Below, piece by piece: positions 56,957-64,000 of a stretch of 64,000 nucleotides of DNA. Below the pieces are notes generated by a model. It saw only the letters and a list, made by a program, of their open reading frames with translations, was not told the origin of the DNA and did no database searches. Made by a program: the position numbers and the translations under genes. Source of the stretch: Candidatus Shapirobacteria bacterium. Its GTDB lineage: Bacteria > Patescibacteriota > Microgenomatia > UBA12405. The stretch lies in assembly GCA_030698565.1 (NCBI GenBank), contig JAUYJS010000008.1:161275-225274 (forward strand). The letters run 5' to 3'. Numbering within the stretch: position 1 is the first letter of the stretch; every line of letters starts with the position of its first letter.

Positions 56957-57622
56957 ATGTCTCGAGTTTTTTTAATCATCTCTCTAATCATTAATGCCAT
57001 TTTAGGTTTTTTATTTCTTCGTCCCCGTCCAGTTATCCCAAATCTCTATCAAGTCGATCGCGTCATCGATGGCGACACTTTTATTGTCAAAGAAGGAGAC
57101 TTGTCTGCCGGCAGGCAGATTCGTCTTATGAGTGTCAACTCTCCCGAAGTCGGTCTTTGCGGCAGTGCAGAAGCCACAGCTAAATTAAAAGAATTAATTG
57201 ATGGTAAAAAAGTTCGATTAGTCGGTGATCTCAATGATCATTATGGTCGTCTCTTGGCTCTGGTTTATGTTGACGATCAATTAATTAACAAAGAAATAAT
57301 TCTTTCCGGCTGGGCCCGTTTCACTTCAACTGCATCTTCAGAATCCGAAAATTTAAAATCCGCTTTTCAAAAGATAAAAACCGAAAAATTGGGAGTTTTT
57401 AGTTCCAAGTGTTATCAAACCACCAACCCTCAAAATCCAAAATGTAACATCAAAGGAAATGTCAAAGAAGGTAAAAAAATTTATTTTTTCCCCGGTTGTG
57501 GCAATTACAGCAATGTCGCCCTCGAACTAGATCAAGGCGATCAATGGTTCTGTTCCGAATCCGCTGCCACCTCCGCCGGTTTTACCAAAAGCGCCAATTG
57601 TTATGCGAAAGTGTATTACTAA
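56957..57622 (+). CDS. thermonuclease (staphylococcal nuclease, SNase-like) with N-terminal anchor and Cys-rich C-terminal extension
   Basis: VIDGDTFIV...RLMSVNSPE...YGRLLALVYVDD...NKEIILSGWA = SNase core; contains the CTGCCGGCAGGCAG palindrome in-frame (DLSAGRQ). Confidence 0.7.
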   Translation: MSRVFLIISLIINAILGFLFLRPRPVIPNLYQVDRVIDGDTFIVKEGDLSAGRQIRLMSVNSPEVGLCGSAEATAKLKELIDGKKVRLVGDLNDHYGRLLALVYVDDQLINKEIILSGWARFTSTASSESENLKSAFQKIKTEKLGVFSSKCYQTTNPQNPKCNIKGNVKEGKKIYFFPGCGNYSNVALELDQGDQWFCSESAATSAGFTKSANCYAKVYY

Positions 57623-57733
57623 CCTATGAAAACATATGAAGCTAAAATATAGACAAATAGTTAAATAGTACGGACAACAAGGGAATAATAGCAAGTTATT
57701 GAAAATATTTAAAAAGGGTGTATAGTTCTTATT

Positions 57734-59395
57734 ATGAACGAAGAATTACTAACAATTAGCCAAGTAGCTTTGATGTTTAATATCCATCCAGACACCCTTA
57801 GAAATTGGGAAAAAGACAACAAACTTGTACCTTTACGAGTTGGGCCAAGACAAGATCGAAGATATCGAAAACAAGATATTCAAACCATACTTGATAAATT
57901 GGGAAACAAATTAACGCTTCCACAACTAGAACAATTTTTATGGAGAAGTGCAGATATTTTAAGAGACAAAATTGATAGTTCTGATTATAAAAAATATATT
58001 TTTGGTCTTCTTTTTTACAAACGGATTAGTGATGTTTGGGATGAGGAATACAAAAAGATATTTGATGAGTTTGGCGACAAATCTTTGGCTCTTGCTGATT
58101 ACAATCATCGATTCCAAGTACCAGCCGATTGTGGCTGGTCAGTTATTACCGAAACATCAGAAAATATTGGTCGCAAACTAAATGAGATTTTTGAAAAGAC
58201 AACTAATGTCAACAGTCCCAAACTAGACAAAATTTTTGATGATTTAGACTTTGCCAACAAAGATCGTTTCCCAAATGAAACAATTCAAAAATTAATTAAT
58301 CATTTTTCTCAATATAATTTTAATAGCAATTACATTAGTTCAGATTTACTCGGTGATGCTTACGAATATTTAATCAAGGAGTTTGCCGCTGACGCTGGTA
58401 AAAAAGGTGGCCAATTTTATTCACCTCGTGAAGTTGAAAGAATAATTATAGGAATTGTTAAACCTCATCAAAAAGATCATATATGCGATCCAACCGTAGG
58501 ATCAGGAGGATTTTTACTTGAAGCATACAATTACCTAAAAGATAAAGCCGGAGAACAAATCGCTCGCTCACTATATCTATATGGCCAAGAAATAAATATC
58601 AGTACCTTTGCCATTGCTCGGATAAATATGTTTTTGCACGGTCTTGATAGTGCTGACATTCGTCGAGGCGATACTCTTGCCAATCCACAGTTTTTAAACA
58701 ACATGGGAGGATTACAAACCTTCGACATTGTGGTGGCAAATCCACCCTACTCGATAAAAGATTGGGAATTTGAAACATTTAGGAATGATAAATACGGTCG
58801 AATTGATGATTATGAATTGCCACCACAAAAAAATGCCGACTTTGCATTTCTGCTTCATATTGTTAAAACACTAAATGCCAATGGTCGTGCTGGTGTGGTT
58901 CTGCCACACGGAGTTTTATTTCGTGGCGGTGCTGAGGGTAGAATTCGCGAACAATTGATAAAACATGGACTAGTTGAAGCTATTATTTCACTCCCTGCCA
59001 AATTATTTTATGGCACAGGTATTCCAGTTGCGATTTGGATATTAAATAAAAATAAGTCAGAAGAGAAAAAAGACAAAATATTAATTATCGATGCCTCAAA
59101 AGAATATTTAGAGGGTAAAAATCAAAACAGTATCCGAAAACAAGATATTGAAAAAGTCATTAATACTTTTGATCAATATCAAGATATCGAAAAATATGCC
59201 CGAGTTATCGATATAAAAGAAATAAAAGAAAACGATTTTAATCTAAATGTCACTCGTTACATCGACTCAAACGAAGAAAAAGAAGTTATTGATGTCAAGC
59301 AAGTGTGGAATGAATTGAAAATATTAGAAACAGAAAGGAAAGATATTGATAAAAAAGTTAATAGTTTTATAACGGAGTTAGGCTATGACAAATGA
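57734..59395 (+). CDS. hsdM: type I R-M methyltransferase HsdM with N-terminal MerR/excisionase-type HTH
   Basis: N-terminal LLTISQVALMFNIHPDTLRNWEKDNKLVP (HTH_17-like); motif I DPTVGSGGF; motif IV VVANPPYS. Confidence 0.85.
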   Translation: MNEELLTISQVALMFNIHPDTLRNWEKDNKLVPLRVGPRQDRRYRKQDIQTILDKLGNKLTLPQLEQFLWRSADILRDKIDSSDYKKYIFGLLFYKRISDVWDEEYKKIFDEFGDKSLALADYNHRFQVPADCGWSVITETSENIGRKLNEIFEKTTNVNSPKLDKIFDDLDFANKDRFPNETIQKLINHFSQYNFNSNYISSDLLGDAYEYLIKEFAADAGKKGGQFYSPREVERIIIGIVKPHQKDHICDPTVGSGGFLLEAYNYLKDKAGEQIARSLYLYGQEINISTFAIARINMFLHGLDSADIRRGDTLANPQFLNNMGGLQTFDIVVANPPYSIKDWEFETFRNDKYGRIDDYELPPQKNADFAFLLHIVKTLNANGRAGVVLPHGVLFRGGAEGRIREQLIKHGLVEAIISLPAKLFYGTGIPVAIWILNKNKSEEKKDKILIIDASKEYLEGKNQNSIRKQDIEKVINTFDQYQDIEKYARVIDIKEIKENDFNLNVTRYIDSNEEKEVIDVKQVWNELKILETERKDIDKKVNSFITELGYDK

Positions 59396-60209
59396 ACCAA
59401 TAACTATATTTGAAGAGTCAAAAAGAGTTAATCAGCATAATTCAGAATATTGGTCTGCTAGAGCACTGGGAAATATCCTTGGATATTCAGAATATAGACA
59501 CTTTTTACCTGTAATTGAAAAAGCAAAGGAATCTTGTATTAACTCAAAACAACCGGTGAATGAACATTTCGAGGAATACCTCGAGATGATCAAACTGGGT
59601 CATGGTGCCGAGAGACCTATAAGTGATATTAAATTGTCCAGATATGCTTGTTATTTAATAATGCAAAATGCTGATCCGTCAAAAGAAGTGGTTGCACTTG
59701 GACAGACATATTTTGCAATTCAGACTAGAAGACAGGAGATACGGGATCAAACGATTGAAGACAATAAAAGAATGTTCCTAAGAGAGGAAGTAACCGCTCA
59801 CAACAAACATTTAGCAGAAGCAGCGAGTATGGCAGGTGTCAGAAATTATGGCATTTTTACAAACTACGGATACATGGGTTTGTATGGGGGTAGGTCAATG
59901 GTAGAAATACATCAAAAAAAAGGATTAAAGAAAAGTCAAAAAATTTTAGACTTTATGGGAAGTGAAGAGTTGGCTGCAAATTTATTTAGAGCTACGCAGA
60001 CAGATGCAAAATTAAGACGAGATCAAGTAAAGAATGAAGCTGTGGCCAATCATACCCATCAAGAAGTCGGTCGAGAAGTTAGGGACACAATACGGAAGTT
60101 AGGTGGCACCATGCCCGAAAATCTCCCAACTCCCGATGCAATCACCCAAGCAAAAAAGAGAATTAAAAACATAGAAAAAGTAATGTTGAAAAACAATGTC
60201 TCAAAATAA
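59385..60209 (+). CDS. RhuM/DinD-family protein embedded in R-M operon
   Basis: 274 aa between hsdM and hsdS, the characteristic position and size of Virulence_RhuM/DinD proteins; N-terminal ...SARALGNILGYSEYRHF... Confidence 0.5.
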   Translation: MTNEPITIFEESKRVNQHNSEYWSARALGNILGYSEYRHFLPVIEKAKESCINSKQPVNEHFEEYLEMIKLGHGAERPISDIKLSRYACYLIMQNADPSKEVVALGQTYFAIQTRRQEIRDQTIEDNKRMFLREEVTAHNKHLAEAASMAGVRNYGIFTNYGYMGLYGGRSMVEIHQKKGLKKSQKILDFMGSEELAANLFRATQTDAKLRRDQVKNEAVANHTHQEVGREVRDTIRKLGGTMPENLPTPDAITQAKKRIKNIEKVMLKNNVSK

Positions 60210-61386
60210 TCAGAAAACATCAGTAAAATGGCCAATCAAAACAATGTCTGAAATTGTTGAATTTGCCTATGGTCAAAATCTTCCGAAAGAAAAACGCATC
60301 ACGGGTAATTGCGAAGTTTATGGTTCTAATGGGGTAGTTGGTTCACACAATCAATTTTTTGTTGAAGGTCCAGGAATTATTATTGGCAGAAAAGGGAGTA
60401 TTGGTAAGGTTATTTATACAGATAAAAATTTTTGGCCAATCGACACTACATACTATGTAAAACCGATTGATGAACTAGATTTAAAGTGGTTATATTATTG
60501 CCTCCAAATGTTAAAACTTGACAAGTTGAATTCTGCAACTGGTGTACCAGGTCTAAATAGAAATGATGTGTATTCGAAAAAAATATTGTTTCCTCCAATA
60601 AACACTCAACAAAAAATCGCCACAATTTTATCCACCATCGACGAGGCAATTCAAAAAACCGATCAAATAATCGAAAAAACAGAAAAATTAAAAAATGGGT
60701 TGATGAACGAAATGTTGACCAAAGGCATTGGTCATACAAAATTCAAAAAAACTAAATTGGGAGAAATTCCTGAGGAATGGAATGTAGTTCAACTATCTGA
60801 ATTAAGTTACATCACCAAACTTGCTGGTTACGAGTTTACTAAATATTTTAATAGTTACAAAGACCAAGGCGAGATGATAATAATTCGAGGTCTCAATTTG
60901 AAAAATAGAGAACTTGATTTGAGTAATATCAAGACAATTCCGAAATCGGTTGCTGATAATTTACAGAGGTCGAAACTAAGTTCCGGAGACTTAGTTTTCT
61001 CATACGTTGGAACGATTGGTCCAGTGGCGGTTATTACCGAAAACAACAAATATCACTTAGGGCCAAACGTCTGTAAAATTTCCCCAAATAAATACGTTAG
61101 TTCAAATTACCTTTATCAATATTTTTTAAGTGAGTTGATCAAAAAAGAAATTAATAAAAAAATTAGTGTTACGGCACAACCAAGTTTATCAATGGAAAAA
61201 ATAAGAGTCTTCGAAATAATTCTGCCATCAAATATGGACGAGCAAAATAAAATCTGCGAGATATTGATGAATTTTGATAAAAAAAATAGAAATTATGTCG
61301 CGACAAAAGAGAAATTGTTAGTCATTAAGAGTGGACTAATGAATGATATTTTTAGCCAAAAGGTGGAGGTAAATAATGCTACCTAA
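60196..61386 (+). CDS. hsdS: type I R-M specificity subunit HsdS
   Basis: 396 aa, two TRD halves with conserved central/terminal coiled-coil regions. Confidence 0.75.
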   Translation: MSQNNQKTSVKWPIKTMSEIVEFAYGQNLPKEKRITGNCEVYGSNGVVGSHNQFFVEGPGIIIGRKGSIGKVIYTDKNFWPIDTTYYVKPIDELDLKWLYYCLQMLKLDKLNSATGVPGLNRNDVYSKKILFPPINTQQKIATILSTIDEAIQKTDQIIEKTEKLKNGLMNEMLTKGIGHTKFKKTKLGEIPEEWNVVQLSELSYITKLAGYEFTKYFNSYKDQGEMIIIRGLNLKNRELDLSNIKTIPKSVADNLQRSKLSSGDLVFSYVGTIGPVAVITENNKYHLGPNVCKISPNKYVSSNYLYQYFLSELIKKEINKKISVTAQPSLSMEKIRVFEIILPSNMDEQNKICEILMNFDKKNRNYVATKEKLLVIKSGLMNDIFSQKVEVNNAT

Positions 61387-62431
61387 CGGCTGGACATTTC
61401 CCAAACCAAATCCTTCTGTGATATTACAGAACAGGGAGGCTGGAATGATTTATAGCTTTGATTTTGGAAGTGGAAAAGGAAAGTTTATTAGTACAGTGCT
61501 GGATGGTTCAGATCCATATGACATTTCTGTAAAAACCTCACCTAAAATTGAAATTAGGTTTACATATATTTTTGATAAAAAGGAAGTGGTTGGTATACAG
61601 TTTTCAAAAGCCGAAAAAGATGGTTCTCTTTCTGTGATACATTTATCCACTTTAGATTGGAATGGAATACTTAAAATTTTATATTTATTTTCTAATTTAG
61701 ACTTTTCATCACTTGCAAATAATAGTCTAATTATTGATGGTGGTTTAGTTCATGATCCAGTTGCGTTAAATAAATTTTTAATGACTGTAGCTACTGACCC
61801 AGTTGGTCAAGAAAAGATGAAAGAAGTTTTAAAAAATTTTGGAGCCATAAAAAATGGAGATATTAATGAAATTGTTGAAAGGAAAAATGCCATTGAACTA
61901 TTTGAAAAATTACTTAATAGTGCTGATGAGTTTCAAAAATATAAAACTACCAATGTTATTGGAAAGAACGAAGAGGTGTGGCAGAAGTTCTTTCAATCAA
62001 ATTCTTGGATATTAGGATCTGATTTTGTTGAAATATTAGACGAAAGGGTAATTGATGAAGAAAGTATCACTGATTTACCTGTTAAAGACTACGATGGTTT
62101 TGTAAATATTATAGAGTTAAAATTGCCTACTGAAGATTTTTGGACTCAAGAGATGATTCCTGTTTCAAATCTTACTAAGGCAATGGTGCAATGTATGCGC
62201 TATGTGACAGAGATGGAAAGAAGGATGAATGATTATAAAAAAATTGGCGAATTGGGTGCCAATATACTTAAGCCAAGAATTACTTTAATTTTTGGCAGAT
62301 CAAATGATTGGATGGATAAACACAGAGAACAATTAAAAATTCTAAACTCTAGTTTTCACAATATTTCTATTTTGACATATGACCATGTATTACAAAGAGC
62401 AAAAAAAATTACTGAACAAACAAAACATTAA
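61376..62431 (+). CDS. Shedu-like DUF4263 (PD-(D/E)xK nuclease) protein inserted between hsdS and hsdR
   Basis: EEVWQKFFQSNSWILGSDFVEIL (DUF4263 opening signature E..WQ.FF..N.WI.G) followed by DYDGFVNIIELKLP (D...E.K nuclease motif) and TYDHVLQRAKK ending. Confidence 0.45.
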   Translation: MLPNGWTFPKPNPSVILQNREAGMIYSFDFGSGKGKFISTVLDGSDPYDISVKTSPKIEIRFTYIFDKKEVVGIQFSKAEKDGSLSVIHLSTLDWNGILKILYLFSNLDFSSLANNSLIIDGGLVHDPVALNKFLMTVATDPVGQEKMKEVLKNFGAIKNGDINEIVERKNAIELFEKLLNSADEFQKYKTTNVIGKNEEVWQKFFQSNSWILGSDFVEILDERVIDEESITDLPVKDYDGFVNIIELKLPTEDFWTQEMIPVSNLTKAMVQCMRYVTEMERRMNDYKKIGELGANILKPRITLIFGRSNDWMDKHREQLKILNSSFHNISILTYDHVLQRAKKITEQTKH

Positions 62432-62453
62432 TTACATATAAATTATAAAAATT

Positions 62454-63329
62454 ATGCCAAATAAAAAATTTCTAGAGGAATATCCATTATACAGAAGGTT
62501 TGACTTCGAAATAGAAAAAATATGGTCGACTAACTACACCACTGGAGGTACTAGAATTTCACAATTACCTAAACCTGCCATAAACCTGGAATGTCCGATT
62601 TGTAAGTCGATACAAACTTTCAATATGGTTAATGAATATTTTGACGATAGCGACCTCAAAAAAAAGTACAATTCTCCGGCTTTTGTATCATTTCAGTTAA
62701 ATTATTTTTGTTCATGTTGTAAAGCTTTTCACTATGAATTCTTCGTTGATTTTGGTGTAACGAGGAAAATTGATAAAGACAAAAATGAAATTTGGACTAA
62801 TGGTTGGGTCAGAAAAATTGGTCAAAAACCAGAGTGGTCAATTGAAATTGATAGCCAAGTACAAAAATTTATAAACGAGGAAAACATTTTGCTTTTTAAA
62901 AAAGGATTAATTTGCGAATCACAGTCGTATGGAATTGGGGCATATTCGTATTATCGTAGAATTGTAGAGTCGATCATCGACGACCTACTAAAAGAAATTG
63001 AAGAACTAATTCCAGATGGAGATGAAAAAAAGGAATATTTGATTGCTTTTGAAAAAACTAAGAAAGAAATCATTGCTGCAAACAAAATTTCACTAGTAAA
63101 AGACCTAATTCCTAAAGTTTTGTTAATTGATGATGTCAATCCGTTAGCTGTTTTATATAGTGCAGTTAGTGATGGTTTACACAATAGGACAGACGAAGAG
63201 TGTTTAAATATAGCTGAAACAATTAGAGAGTGTTTATCGTTTTTAATTATACAAATCTACTCTAGTAAAAATAGTAAAAAACAATTTACAGATAGAATAA
63301 AAACATTATTAAAGAAGAAAACAAAATAA
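62454..63329 (+). CDS. hypothetical Zn-ribbon protein inserted between hsdS and hsdR
   Basis: 291 aa; CPICKS...CSCCKAFH four-Cys cluster near N-terminus; otherwise no recognised domain. Confidence 0.4.
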   Translation: MPNKKFLEEYPLYRRFDFEIEKIWSTNYTTGGTRISQLPKPAINLECPICKSIQTFNMVNEYFDDSDLKKKYNSPAFVSFQLNYFCSCCKAFHYEFFVDFGVTRKIDKDKNEIWTNGWVRKIGQKPEWSIEIDSQVQKFINEENILLFKKGLICESQSYGIGAYSYYRRIVESIIDDLLKEIEELIPDGDEKKEYLIAFEKTKKEIIAANKISLVKDLIPKVLLIDDVNPLAVLYSAVSDGLHNRTDEECLNIAETIRECLSFLIIQIYSSKNSKKQFTDRIKTLLKKKTK

Positions 63330-63331
63330 CT

Positions 63332-64000
63332 ATGAAATTTAATGAACAATATACAGTCGAGAATCATATAATCAAATATATTTCTCAAACCTTAGATTTT
63401 GATTATATAAAACCTGAGGAGTTTGCTAAGTTGCGAGAATTTGAAAATGAATATTTGGTAATTCCTGAATTGTTTGAAGCGATAAAACGAATCAACAATT
63501 TAAATGACGATGGTAAAGTCCAAAGTGTTATTCGCGAAATAAAAAAGATTGACACAAACGAAGAATTTTTAAATCTACTTCGCAATGGGGTTAATATAAA
63601 AGACCCAAAAACAGGTAAAAATAGAGATTATTTGGTCGTCGATTATGACAATATTGATAATAACCATTTTGTCGTCACCAACCAATTTTATTTTGAAGGG
63701 AATTTGGAAAATATTCGTCCTGATATCATGGTTTTTATAAATGGTATTCCTGTAGTTGATATAGAAGCCAAAAGCCCAACCGCCTCGGAAATTGTTGATT
63801 ATACAAAGGCTATCGGTCAGTTAAAAAGATACGAAAGAAATGCTATCAAATTATTTTGGCCTAATTGTTTTAATATCGCTACTGATGGATTAAAAACTGT
63901 TTACGGTGCCACTTATGCTCCAACTCAATATTTTTTGCAGTGGAAAGATGAATTCGAAAATAAAGACGATGAGGAGCTAGAGATCACCTTAAAAGCATTA
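63332..64000 (+). CDS. hsdR: type I restriction enzyme HsdR (5' partial, runs off window)
   Basis: ATG 63332; MKFNEQYTVENHIIKY...PDIMVFINGIPVVDIEAKSP = HsdR_N nuclease motif. Confidence 0.75.
   Translation, partial: MKFNEQYTVENHIIKYISQTLDFDYIKPEEFAKLREFENEYLVIPELFEAIKRINNLNDDGKVQSVIREIKKIDTNEEFLNLLRNGVNIKDPKTGKNRDYLVVDYDNIDNNHFVVTNQFYFEGNLENIRPDIMVFINGIPVVDIEAKSPTASEIVDYTKAIGQLKRYERNAIKLFWPNCFNIATDGLKTVYGATYAPTQYFLQWKDEFENKDDEELEITLKAL

Overview
Low-GC, gene-dense bacterial window whose gene repertoire (archaeal-type TIM, TsaC-TsaE fusion, compact aaRS, many short hypothetical membrane proteins) suggests a Candidate Phyla Radiation/Parcubacteria-like genome. Part 1: roughly 1-31.4 kb is housekeeping: smpB plus a candidate tmRNA, comFC, tpiA, zupT, rnhA, VanW, tsaD, a tsaC-tsaE fusion, valS, rplY, trpS, three tRNAs (Ile-UAU and two CAU), ftsB-like, xer, a T4SS-like ATPase, a polyprenyl synthase, dnaG and rpoD. 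From 31.4 kb to the window end is a mobile/defence island: (i) a complete type V-A CRISPR-Cas locus (cas12a-cas4-cas1-cas2 and a 7-repeat array with the canonical AATTTCTACTTTTGTAGAT Cas12a repeat end), inserted exactly at the rpoD stop and followed by a 120-bp relic copy of the rpoD 3' end that differs only at synonymous sites; (ii) a tRNA-Asn hotspot with a nested small GIY-YIG gene, tandem partial tRNA copies and a large serine recombinase; (iii) an iteron-like repeat array next to an FtsK-gamma winged-helix protein; (iv) a type I R-M system whose HsdR carries a C-terminal AlbA_2/Schlafen-like domain, plus a T5orf172 gene; (v) a Gabija-like OLD-family ATPase/Toprim plus UvrD-like helicase pair, followed by an HNH protein; (vi) a second type I R-M operon with HTH-HsdM and RhuM, interrupted between hsdS and hsdR by a Shedu-like DUF4263 gene and a Zn-ribbon gene. 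Part 2: the most unusual signal outside the island is a family of at least 6 short palindromic elements (core TC(T/C)CCCTTTnTCAAAGGGGAGA followed by a second variable GC hairpin) that sit in-frame inside conserved housekeeping genes (valS, tsaD twice, tsaC-tsaE, the HD-protein C-terminus) and in the trpS leader, analogous to Rickettsia palindromic elements. A second GC-rich 28-bp perfect palindrome family and a 14-bp palindrome (CTGCCGGCAGGCAG) shared between the GIY-YIG/tRNA locus and a thermonuclease gene were also seen.
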